A stretch of 61,749 nt of DNA, the filler included, from Gonapodya sp. JEL0774 (taxonomy: Eukaryota): assembly GCA_027604505.1 (NCBI GenBank). It is 23 parts of 23 records of this genome, joined end to end, with 100 filler letters (N's around TTAATTAATTAA, not from the genome) between each part and the next. Parts side by side here need not be neighbours in the genome. Positions count along the whole stretch, not along the records: positions 24,353 to 26,937 come from JADIIX010001820.1; positions 27,038 to 29,621 come from JADIIX010001821.1; positions 29,722 to 32,304 come from JADIIX010001822.1; positions 32,405 to 34,987 come from JADIIX010001823.1; positions 35,088 to 37,669 come from JADIIX010001824.1; 18 more parts are not named here. The stretch is one strand, 5' to 3'. A program made the translations under genes and the position numbers. The notes beneath the pieces were generated by a model. The model did no database searches. It saw only the letters and a list, made by a program, of their open reading frames with translations, and was not told the DNA's origin. Shown piece after piece: positions 25,215 through 36,488 of this stretch (positions within the stretch are counted from its first letter, which is position 1; each line of letters starts with the position of its first letter).

Positions 25215-25769
25215 TATAAAATTACGTTGTACGCCAGAGCAAAGTGTGCTTTGAAATCGGAATGAGACATCGTATCCTTACGCGCGGCGCGAACGTTGAC
25301 GTTCTCCCAAGTCTCTACACGTGCTTGTGAAAGATCACCCACGGACGGGACTCCTTGTAGCTCACGGGATCGTACACTAGGTCATTGGGGGAGCACGTTA
25401 CGAAGAAGTCCGCCACGGCATCATGATCTCCGGACAGTGCCATGAGGAGGCGATGGTTTCTCTGCGGGTCGTCCGCGGAGAACGGTATCCCGTCATTCTT
25501 GAAAGTGTTCAGGTTGAGTTGCACCGGTCCAGAGTCCACGTAGTTGTTGACATTCACTGACCCGATTTGGATGATCACAGTCTGATCTCTCGGGAGACGT
25601 CCGCACCACACGGAGGCACGCGCTTGTGCTCTTGGGAGACACACTGCACGAACGCACGGACGGCAGTGTCCACGAGCGTGGCATGTACCGTGCACTGCAA
25701 CCCCCCACAGACAAGGCACCGGTTCATCTGCATGTTTGCTGTGCCCGGGATAACTTCGTGCTTCTTCAT
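25215..25769 (-). pseudogene. Decayed fragment of a D5-like primase-helicase (pre-helicase region)
   Basis: Cys cluster CLVCGGLQC...VQCVSQEH, a frameshift, then IIQIGSVNVNNY...LSGDHDAVADFFVTCSPNDLVYDP...WVIFHKHV*R, with TAG where W would complete a W.xF..H.W motif. No introns. Confidence 0.45.
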
Positions 25770-26110
25770 AGAGCCACCAACGTGCCGTGGGTTATCCTGA
25801 GCACCTTGCGAAGCTCACCGACATCCTGAGTCTTGGCGACTTTGGCCTCTGGGGGTTCCAGCAGGCCAGACTCGTAGGTTAACGCAAATGGATGGGACTG
25901 GCCGACACATGCTGATTCCATAATGCCATGGCTCGGAAACTAGGAAACCAACCCACAGCAGGATCCACAGTGACGGACATCCTTGTCGGATTTGTGCAGA
26001 TGTCAATGCTATGTATGTGAATTGTGAAGACGTGCTATGTATGTGAAGTGTAGAAACGTCCATCGAATGTTCCTCCCGTTCATCCTCCTTCATCGATAGT
26101 CCATCACGCC

Positions 26111-26579
26111 CTACTCCTTCTTGTCCACCGCCTGTTCCGCCTTCCTGGCCGCCACATCCGCGCTGTACTTTTGGTACTCCGCAGTGAGCATCAGTTTCAT
26201 GGCCGACTCGGAGGCGGCCAACAGAGCTTGCAGCCGTGTCGTGTCGGCCACCCTGCGGTCCCCGGACTCGCGCAGGGCAGCCTCTTTGTCTATGGCAGCC
26301 TTGGCAGCCTCCATGTTCATAGCTGGAAATCAATCGACTAGGAGACCATTAACACCAAACACGGCGAGCCGGGCGACTGCAGACACGAGGGAGCGCACCC
26401 GTGTAGAACGTGGCGCCGACAAGGGTCACGATGACGGTAGCGTTGGTCATCAGCCATGAGAACGGGTGCGTCTTCGAGTCACCGCCGGCCGGGGCTGCGG
26501 GCGTGGTGAAGCTGCGTGCCCCCCTTACTGGAAATGACGGGATGCGCACTGTGAGGAGAGCGGAGCAATGGGAAGCCAT
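26111..26579 (-). CDS. Small probable mitochondrial single-TM coiled-coil protein
   Basis: Arg/Ser presequence-like N-terminus and TM segment WLMTNATVIVTLVGATFYT. One GT-AG intron joins in frame to AMNMEAAKAAIDKEAALRE...VDKKE*. Confidence 0.55.
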
Positions 26580-27058
26580 GGGTTTGGGTAGGTGTGTGAA
26601 GCGATCGGAACACACATTTGTACAAGCATGAATGGCATTATGCAATTCAACCAACTAACCCTCAAAATATATCCCTCAGCGCAGAAGCAGAACTTTGAAA
26701 TGTCGGCCCAAAGTGGAGTGAGAACCGCGCACAAGCGCTTAAAGTGAGAGTTCTTCTTCAAACTGGTCTGCAGCAAAGTTGTAACCTTCTCAATTCATTT
26801 GACAATGTGAAGTGAAGAAGTGGACCAGGAACACACCAAGAGACAAAGGATGGAGTCCAGAACACCGGGAAACGATGTGAGATCATAAAAGAACCAAGAA
26901 TGGCTAATGAATCATGATAAAATCGACCTTCCCGGTGNNNNNNNNNNNNNNNNNNNNNNNNNNNNNNNNNNNNNNNNNNNNTTAATTAATTAANNNNNNN
27001 NNNNNNNNNNNNNNNNNNNNNNNNNNNNNNNNNNNNNCTACCTTGAATAAGAGTGCGC

Positions 27059-28297
27059 TCATGTCTTCTTCGACTTCTTTGCCATCATTTCCGCCTCCTC
27101 TCTCAGCAGTGTTTCGTGCTCCGTGCTCTTGAGCCACTCGAACAGTGCCTCGGCACCACCATCTTTGAGCTTTGAAACGTATTTGTCGTGAAGGGGATTA
27201 AAAGCGAGTTTCAGGCGGGAGTTGGGAAGGAGGAGTGAAGTGCACGAAGCTGAGGGATGCAAAGTCGCACACCAGATTGTTAACCGCAACATTTGCAAGG
27301 TCACTGCATGTGAGGTGATGAATTACCAAGTGCTGTAGGTAACAAGACGAGTTTGTTCCCTTGAAGGAGAAGCTCCCTTAGCGCCACCAGTTGCCCAATC
27401 GTATCCGGCAAGGCGGTGATGTCATTGTCTCGGAGACACAACTAAGTTCGAATCAAGGCACACCTTCGACATCCAAATTTCTGCTTTGGAAAACTCACCG
27501 TGCGCAGGAGTTTGAACTGGCCAATTTCCCGTGGAAGCTGGGTCAGTCGGTTATCGGACAGGTAGAGAGCGCGCAACGTCGCTGGATCATTGAGCAACGG
27601 ATCAGCCTAAATCAAACGACCATGGTTGCCTGCAACATACTTAGATAAAAGAAGTTTGGCTGGTAGATTGTGTCAGATATCCATGTTAGCCACTCCACCT
27701 CGTTCACTCACTCGCAACGTTGTGAGCATGTTACAGCTGAGGTCCAAAACTCGGAGCTTTGCGCATCCTCCAAACCCAGGCGGCACGTCGGTAATTTTGT
27801 TGTTTCTGTGGTGGTTGCGCGGATGTTCATCTACTTTGATGATGAAGTTGCGAACCCGGAAACGAACAATGGATGCTCACACGAGGTTGAGAGACCACAG
27901 GTTTTTCAGCTGAGGGAAGCACTGTGGAATAGCCGTCAAGTTGTTGTCAAATGCAGTGAGAATCTCGAGCTGTGGTGGGTAATCCCGGACGGCGTCGGGC
28001 AGGACTTTTGGTGCGTTGGTCAGCAACGGGACTGGTCATTATCAAAGAAGGAAACGATGACCGATGATTGAAGGGAAAACGCACGAGAAAGCTTGTTCCG
28101 GGCGACAGAAAGGCCCTTGAGAGACGGTAGATCGCCTGATATGTCGGCAACATGACAATCAGCAACTTTTCAAAGAGAGATTCATCAGAGTTGCACACAC
28201 CGAGCTCTTTAGGCCACGTTTTCAATCCTTGGTCCACAAAAGAGAGCGTTTCCGTGCCTGACTCTCTAGCTTCCTCGATGCGCTTGTTTTTGCCCAT
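27059..28297 (-). CDS. RSU1: Leucine-rich repeat protein, Ras suppressor protein 1-like
   Basis: MGKNKRIEEARESG...; LRR exons TLRALYLSDNRLTQLPREIGQFKLLRT and LCLRDNDITALPDTIGQLVALRELLLQGNKLVLLP; C-cap NPLHDKYVSKLKDGGAEALFEWLKS. All are collinear with animal RSU1 as recalled. Confidence 0.72.
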
Positions 28298-28383
28298 CAC
28301 GTCTAGGAGATGAGCAGCGAGGGGCGGGGCCACACCACTCTTGTTCACAACCCTCACTTCCATATCAACGGAAACCTCCACGA
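28298..28383. promoter_or_regulatory. Very short divergent intergenic region containing a GC box
   Basis: 86 nt separate the RSU1-like ATG from the RPT1 ATG. GGGGCGGGGC lies at 28321-28330. Confidence 0.5.
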
Positions 28384-29621
28384 ATGCCACCCAAGGAAAA
28401 CTGGGAGAAATGTGAATGAAAACTCGAGATACCAACGTGTTTCAGGATGCCTGTCGCGTGGCTGGGAACACTGATTCTGACGCTCTCTCGTCGAACTCCC
28501 GCTCTCTCCCCGAATCTGAGCAGACGAGAAACCTCTCGAGGATAAGGAGGAGGAGAAAATCAAAGGTGAATCGTCCCCGTGTCGTCACTTCCCCTACCTG
28601 AACCGTCGCTGGACACGTCCTCCTCTCCGCAAACGGTGACGCAACCCGACCCGCTGTCGTCCTATCCCACTCCGGCCTTTTCCCCACGTCTCTACCAGCC
28701 CTCGACGAAGGCGACATCGCACTCCTTAAAACTTATGGCCAGGGCCCGTACGCCAAGGAGCTTAAGAAAATTGAAGGTGACATCAAGGAGGTGCAAAAGC
28801 GGGTGAACGAGCGGATGGGGGTGAAGGAGAGCGACACGGGGCTGGCGCCGCCGAATCTTTGGGACACCCCGGCGGATAAGCAGAGGATGCAGGAGGAGCA
28901 ACCGTTGCAGGTGGGCATGGGCCACGGTACACGGGCGCGCGAGGGGGGTGTTCGCACCGGTCGGGGAGACAACCTATTTCATTCACGGCCAGGTGGCTCG
29001 CTGTACGAAAATCATCGCCGCAAATGAGGGCGAAGACGCCAAATACGTCATCAACGTGAAGCAGATCGCCAAGTTCGTCGTCGGGCTCGGGGAACGTGTC
29101 GCCCCGACCGACATCGAAGAGGGCATGCGGGTCGGGTGAGTCAGAGCCACGTCCCACCCTGGGGCTTACCAATGGCATTCAATACTGAACTTGACTATGC
29201 TCGTGCTCTGGGACACCAGTGTGGACCGTACCAAGTACCAGATTCAAATCCCCTTACCACCAAAGATCGACCCCACGGTGACCATGATGCAGGTGGAGGA
29301 GAAACCAGATGTGACGTACTCAGACGTCGGGGGGAGTAAAGAGCAGATCGAGAAGCTGAGGGAAGTGGTGGAAATGCCGTTGTTGCAGGTACGTACGAAG
29401 GGGCGGGCTGGTGGACGACAGTCTGATGGTTCTGAACATACTTCCCCACATCCTTCCCTTCTCCTCCCCCTCTTCCCCCTCTCCCAGCCCGAAAAATTCA
29501 TCAACCTAGGCATCGACCCTCCCAAAGGAGTTCTCCTGTATGGTCCGCCCGGGACGGGCAAGACCCTGTGTGCCCGAGCGGTGGCGAACCGGACCGATGC
29601 GACGTTTATACGGGTGATTGG
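28384..29621 (+). CDS. RPT1: 26S proteasome AAA-ATPase subunit Rpt1 (PSMC2), 3' truncated
   Basis: [90 protein letters not shown]. Confidence 0.97.
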
Positions 29622-31130
29622 NNNNNNNNNNNNNNNNNNNNNNNNNNNNNNNNNNNNNNNNNNNNTTAATTAATTAANNNNNNNNNNNNNNNNNNNNNNN
29701 NNNNNNNNNNNNNNNNNNNNNTGCAGAGCTGTTCTCCACAATTCGGAATTTTGTAAATAGATTAAATAGTTTTATATCGTTCGCTACCATGACTGGAGGT
29801 TTTGTGGACAAGCATTGTTGCCTTCCCCCTACAGTATGCAACACAGGATCGACAGTGACATAAGAGCTTTCGGAAGACTCATAAATTTATCAGGCACCAC
29901 AACTGTTGGATGATTGTGGACCGGATTTCTCCACGCGAGTGATGGACTGACAGTAAAGCAACTCAGTGAAGTTATCAATTACGTATACCTATTTTCTATC
30001 CCCCGTGATTCTGATTGTGGCAGTAGAATTGGACCAACTAATGGACTCTCATTGACTCTTTTGTTGTCACCCCAGTCCCCAAGGTTTCTGCTCAGCCCAA
30101 GGGAAGCCATCCCAAAAAAGGACGTCCTGGGAGACGAAATCCCAACGAACAAAAAGACACTCAGAGGCCATCAAACCCCAGACACGGTCGACGCGCGACT
30201 TTCTCAAAGTATTCAGCGCGATTTTCCGTCGTCTGCCGATTTGATTCGCCCCAGGACTCGCCCTTTTTCGCTTCAAACTCGGCCCCTCTCAAACACATTC
30301 GAGCCATCAAGTCTCCTTCTTCTTGTGCACTCTTCTTCTTCTTCTTCTTCTTCTCTTCTTCTGCTCGCCTTCTTCTCGTCCGCCTTCTTCTGGTCCCCCC
30401 TTGCGTGCTCGTGAGCTCCAATGTGAGTTGTTTGGGATCAACAATCAAACACAGTAGTTTCTGCCGCTCATATCGCGCATCGCTACTCAAAAGGCCCACT
30501 GGCAATATCATTCATATAATATTCCAAAAGGCTAAGGTCCTCAGGTCTATCGGAGAACTTGATAAGTTCCTCTGTGACCTGGAAGGGTTCCAAAAGCTGG
30601 TAGTCCTAACAAAGGTAGGTCAAAAATACGCGGTCTCGACCCAGCCTTGCGGTTATTTGTAGAATAAAGAACTCTCGCGCCGGTACGAGCTTTGAGGTAT
30701 CGCCATGATCCTCTGGTACTGCGGACATTGTGCCCCACGATGGTACTTGAACGGGAAAGCTTGCATCGTTTTTTATGCATTTGCATACATCAATTATCGA
30801 TGAACCATGATGGCCAGACTACATGCTGCGCTGGACGTTCTGGAACATTTCATCGTTCACGTGGTGCTTCCCGGTTGTGTTGTGTTGTGCCTCCCTTTCT
30901 TGTTGTGTGTTTGCTCGTGCCCGCCTGCAAAGCATTCTTGAACTTCCTTTTGCATTGAAATGACAACTCTTTGTATGCCCTGCGTAGGTGGGTGTTTGCG
31001 GTATACCTGTTAAGCTCGTTTTCTCGGGTCTTCCAATTCAAGTACTTACCACTGATGCACGCATTCTCTGTTTACCCTCTTTTTTTTTTCTCTCCCCTTA
31101 CCTCTTTATTCGCATCTTTCTTACTCGTAC

Positions 31131-32304
31131 ATGATGTTGCAGGATGATCGCGTGAATGCGCAGTTCCACAGCCCTCAGCACGCCCGCTCGGCCATCGAAC
31201 TCCTCCGTCTGGCGGACCAAACCCTCCAAGTCCAAACTTCCAACAACGAATCCGTTCGCCCAGCGACAGGCAACCCCGGCTCGCCGACACGCACGCTCAC
31301 CTTCCGTGCAAACGTCCGTGTGCTCTCTCCGGCGGACGTCGAAGGCATCGTGCGCAGGAGGCTCAGGTACCTGTTTGGAGATTCCAACGACCTGAAAGAT
31401 GTCAGGAGGATAGAGTATGGTGGCGAGGAGAGGTTCTTCGTGGATTTTGTCGCTGTCGGAGCTGCGGTGAGGGTGCTCGAGACCTTGCGGAGGACCACGA
31501 GCTTGGTGGTAGAGTATTCAAAAGAAGACGACGAGTATAGCGAGGGCAGGCAACAAGGCGGTATGGTCGGCGCCCCACAATCCACTGCTCAGCTGGGGCT
31601 CGGCGCTCCTGTCACCGACCCTTCCCCAGTGTTGCTCCAGGCCGCGACGACTACAGACCATCTCGCTCAAATGCTTATGGCCGCCGCTCCACAGCAACAG
31701 CAGCAAGGAGTGCAAGCCTGGAACAGGAGCCCAACCACAGCCACCATGTCTACCGGAACAGGTGGTGGTAACTCGCCCACGGATGCTCAGCCGGGTGTCG
31801 TGGTTGGTCAACAGCATACTCACACAAGCAGCGGCGGTAGTGCCAACACGACCAATCAAGGCATCGCCAATAATCAATTGGGCCTCACTACTGGCGGCAA
31901 CAACTCACCCCGCGGCTCCCACGGATCGCGCCACTCGGACCGCGAGGAAGGCAGTCCCGGGGACCGCGACCATCGGGACTATCGTCGTCGAGACCGTAAC
32001 GCACGTGACAGACCTTGGAGAGACTCCAACAGGTCAAGGTCACGGAGCCCAGGTCTGGGTCGTGGCGCGGTTGGTCGCAGGTCAAGATCCACTTCGAGGG
32101 AGAGGGATGTGACGAGGAGGTACGCACGGGTTGCACCAGTGCCTGCGACGGTGCAGGGGCCAGTGGTGACACTTGGTGGGGTGCCGCTCGTGGATGCCGG
32201 TGTGCTAGGCCCGAGTGTTGGCTATCGGGGTCAAAACCAACAACAGATCCACCATCAACAAGTTCCCAAGCCTGAACCTGGAATGGAGAGCGGTTTCCAT
32301 ATAC
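31131..32304 (+). CDS. RRM-like domain protein with Q/G-rich linker and RS/RD-rich region, partial
   Basis: TRTL...RFFVDFVAVGAAVRVLETL...VEYSK resembles an RRM with RNP1, followed by RDRPWRDSNRSRSRSP...RRSRSTSRER. A polypyrimidine tract plus TTGCAG near 31143 suggests this is an internal exon. Confidence 0.6.
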
Positions 32305-32404
32305 NNNNNNNNNNNNNNNNNNNNNNNNNNNNNNNNNNNNNNNNNNNNTTAATTAATTAANNNNNNNNNNNNNNNNNNNNNNNNNNNNNNNNNNNNNNNN
32401 NNNN

Positions 32405-33473
32405 GGAGACAGAAGTTAGAGAGGTGGACCCAAATAGATGAGATGTCACGGGATTCGCTGTGGGTGCAATTGCTGCTGTGGCTGTGAGGGCCGTTCGGGA
32501 TGATGGGTCGTGATTGGGCGGAGGGGATGCAAGCGCCCCTATGGGCGATGCAGTGGTGCTTTTCGAAGTTGAGATCGAGACTGAATTCGAATGCGATAGC
32601 AACCGTTGTGCCGCCGTTCCACCGGTGGAGTTAGTGACGGCCGAACTTCTCCTCGACGGTGGATCAACCGTTGCAGTAATCATTTCGTCCTCATCTGAAA
32701 CTTCGATAAGCGGGGTATAAGGGGAAGGAAGATGATAAGGAGGCGCTGATACACCACGTGGAGTCGATGATTTGGGGCGTTTTGTAGGTGGGCGGCCATC
32801 AGGTGAGGGGGGTAGTTCTTGTTGGAAGATGATACCCGGAGATACATTGCGAGTTGAGCTGTCAGGCATTGGCGAGGCCTTCCGTTTTCGCTCGAAAACA
32901 TTGGTGCTAGTAGGTACTCGTAGTGCGGAAGCAGAGCCAAGCTTCACCGAACTTGCAGTGTCATTCCTTGTAGGCGATATATGAATAGGAGCATTCCACT
33001 GCGAGCCAATTCCCGCTTTGGCTTGTCTTGCTGCTCCTTCTTCAAACACTCTAATGAGATCATCAGCGTGGATGACATTTTCGGCAGGCTCCCACGTATT
33101 TGACGATGGTGGCCAGTCCTTCCATTTTACCTAGAGGTCGCATTCAACAGGTTATAAGGGTGAAGGGGGAGCTGCAAAACACGAAGACGGAAAAGAAAAG
33201 TATTTACTAAATATTCCGTCTTCCCTTTGCGTGTCCGCTTCTCAAGAATGGACTCAACCTGAACAATAACAAGTCCGTCAGTAATGACCCAAATCGCGCC
33301 GTTTCCAATTGAAAGCTTACCTCCCATTCTTCATCTGATTCGAAATCAATGTCAGGTTTTTGCCTGCTACCTTTAGTGACCTTTCCCGCCGAAAGCGCCA
33401 CGTCAGTTCCCTCCGAATCGTCACCGCTCGACGATTCGACCGATTCAGCGCGTATCACCGGATGCGAAGCCAT
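32405..33473 (-). CDS. Chromodomain protein, 3' truncated
   Basis: Spliced [40 protein letters not shown] with aromatic cage residues present, followed by a Ser/Pro-rich region. Confidence 0.88.
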
Positions 33474-34076
33474 CAGCAGTGAGATGCACGCCCAGCGCAG
33501 TCAGCTTGACTGGCCGAGGTATCACAACGCCCTTCAGAAACCGTCGGTGCTCGTTTGCGATCGGATGCCATCGAGTGCCTGGTACAAGAATTTAGTCATA
33601 TGCCCCGTGCGCCTGCAATACAAATGTTGCTGCAGAATCGGAAACGTCACTGGCGTTGCACAAATTCGATTCAAGATTTGGCTGAAATGAGGTGTCTGAC
33701 CCGTTGAACGGAGTGTCATTAACCGTTTTACGGGCACACTTCCTCGAAGTGAACTTCATAATGTAATCCGCCATAAAAAGCATTTTCAAGTGACACAGAA
33801 GCACCTTTCCACTAAGGGATTGCATATGACTGGTGTGCAGATCATTCGGTGCACATGTTTGTGCAGGGTTCAGCCCATTGTGGCGCAGGCAGTCTTCTTT
33901 TTCCTATCCGTCTCTCGAAACACAAAAAACTTCCTCCATCGGACTACATTGGAGCTCGCTAACATCACCCTCATTTCTGCCGTGAACTGCATATACTTTG
34001 GCAATGACCACGCTCGATGTCGAAATCTTGCCTTTTGCTGAGTTGCGCAGTTCCACATCCGTTGTTATGTTCAGTT

Positions 34077-34261
34077 GCGCAGTGCAATCTTGGGTAATCG
34101 TGTGTGGGATCGGCATCATGGCGGTCCCAGGCACGCACCCGAGATTGTACTGTGCCATAGTATGCGTGCGCTGTTTCAGATACGCAGTGCAATCTGGGGG
34201 AGTCGTATGTAGGGATCAGCATCGCGGTCCCAGGCACGCACCGAGATTGTACTGTGCCATA
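34077..34261 (+). repeat. Two imperfect tandem copies (period ~105 nt) of an ~80-nt hairpin-forming unit
   Basis: CGCAGTGCAATCT...GGGATC.GCATC...GCGGTCCCAGGCACGCACC(C)GAGATTGTACTGTGCCATA occurs at 34078-34159 and 34183-34261. Confidence 0.9.
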
Positions 34262-34651
34262 CGTGGAACTCGAAAGGATGTGAACTTCAACGGGGTGGTG
34301 TGCACGCTCTCTCTAGTTGGAGATGGGCACGGTGATTCCTGCACACCACGTACCGCACCCTGTAAATTCATATTTTGGTGATGAGTCCTCCTTATACCTC
34401 CTTATGGGTCGTGCGTCGGTCACTCTATCTCGGGCCATCAGACGTGCAGCTCACGTGCAGTCCAACACAGCATTTCGTATAATTGGGTCGAAAATTTTCA
34501 CAATAATGTAAAAACGCCAAGAGATTTGCGAGACTAGCAAGATAGAAATAGAAACCAGCAAACGCATGATATTGAGTACAGCCTCATTGGTCCAACTGTT
34601 CGGAACAGTAATATGACCGCCAATAACTGATTTCTAAGCAGTTCTACGTCA

Positions 34652-34979
34652 CTATAAAGCATCCTCTTTCAACTCTGCAAATGCGCGTCGTTGCAAGGTG
34701 CCCAGCAGGCAAATAACGTAAGACACGTCATTGTAAGCATCCATTGCCGCTCCCTCGTGGTGACTGAAACATCCGAATGACCCACCTGCTAGAGCTGTCG
34801 TAATTTTTGCAGCAATTTGTTCCAACTCGTCTTTGCTGAGGGTCTTCACGGGCCATTGAATGCCTTGTCAAGTAGAGGTCCAACTGATATGAGACCAAGA
34901 AGTCTGGAAATGCACAATTTAACGAATGGACCCCTTACCAAGACCGGATCCATCAGCTTGCTTCGGTATGATGTGGAAG
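34652..34979 (-). CDS. HNT1: HIT-family nucleotide hydrolase (Hnt1-like), 3' end
   Basis: Exons 34979-34939 and 34863 onward give (H)FHIIPKQADGSGLGIQWPVKTLSKDELEQIAAKI: the end of the histidine triad plus the GL.I.WP motif. The exact stop is uncertain. Confidence 0.7.
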
Positions 34980-35087
34980 CTGGAGGGNNNNNNNNNNNNN
35001 NNNNNNNNNNNNNNNNNNNNNNNNNNNNNNNTTAATTAATTAANNNNNNNNNNNNNNNNNNNNNNNNNNNNNNNNNNNNNNNNNNNN

Positions 35088-35645
35088 ATCCTGTTGGGGT
35101 ATTCCGTGGCGAGGAAGAGTGCAGTCGCGCCGGCCATGGAGTTTCCAACGAAGAGAACCTTTGAAGTGACCTTTTCGGCGTCAAGAATGGCAATCACGTC
35201 TCTGTTGGAATCAGCACTGTGTGAGATTTGGAGGTCGGTGGGTGCGGACTCATGAGAGACAACTCACCGGCCCACATCCTCGGGGGTGTAAGAGGAGAAC
35301 TTAGCATCGCTCTCGCCTGTTCCTCTCATCTCAACTAGGATAATATTCAACCCGGCGTCTTTAAGCTTGGGTGCCAAGAACCTGTGACGTCATATGCCGA
35401 TAATTTCGGAGAGGACGATCATCATAGAACCATGAGACACCATCACCACCCGAAATTCTGATCCCAAATATTCCCTTCAGAGCATAAACTCACCGATACT
35501 CATGCCGTGAGTCGCCAATCCCCGGAACCAGCACTGCTGTCGTTGCTCCCGGGGTGGAACCCGCTACTTCGTAAACAATCGTCCCCCCTCCGACCATGAG
35601 AGTGCGCTTGGCGGATGATCCAAAGATTGGTGCAAAAGAAGACAT
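35088..35645 (-). CDS. Alpha/beta hydrolase, 3' truncated
   Basis: VLVPGIGDSRHEYR-FLAPKL...EMRGTGESD...DVIAILDAE...FVGNSMAG (nucleophile elbow); two introns. Confidence 0.85.
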
Positions 35646-36488
35646 ATTGATTGCTGAATGGGATGGAATCAAAAGAAGAGAAGAGGGGATTATAAAGGAC
35701 AGCGCCTAAATGACATACTTCCGCAGGGTGCAAGGACCTTCGCCGAAATGACTCTCACGCGCGCGACGATTAGGACGAAAAGCCGGGTGAGGATCCTTGA
35801 CGCAGCAAATTCTAAGGGCCGAACTTGCGATATCAGGAGTTGATTCTGCCGAAGACTCCGTCTGATGACGATCGTTGTTGCGAACTGAAGCCGAGTGCTG
35901 CCAGTGCTGATCCCAGTTGAGGGAAAACAAGATAATTGAGGAGCACCTGCTAAGACCTGAGTCATTTGACCTATCGTGCAAAGCTATTGGATTCTTTTTA
36001 TTTATCATAGAGAACAGGTTTTGCTACATGACCTGACTTCCGGGCTCGAGCGGCGGCTCTTGCTGTCAGTGACATAAAGTTGGTCGACGTCAGTCGCTCA
36101 AACCCTCTGAACGCCCTCCATAAGCCAACCTACTGCGAAGACAGAAGAGGGGCCCGGCTACTTATCGTTGCTCGAGATGGAGGTTGAGGGCTTCCGGAAC
36201 CTCTTCGGTGGTGGGGTGATCCAAGGGTCAGTTCAGAACCCGAGCACCACATGTATGGTTGTGAATTTGATTGCCACATCGGGGAATCCGCTGGGCGCAA
36301 GAAAGTGTTGTTGTGCTCGTGAATAATGGCACCATCCCTTGTACCTTTTTGAGGAACAAAAGAGACAACCCGCAAATCACGCTTGATCCTTCTAAAACTC
36401 CAGCCATCGCTTGATTCACCTCTGATGGCCCTGCATCCGGGTTAGTTCTTGCGGTTCACCGTCGGGTGATCATGCGATCGCAAGTTCC

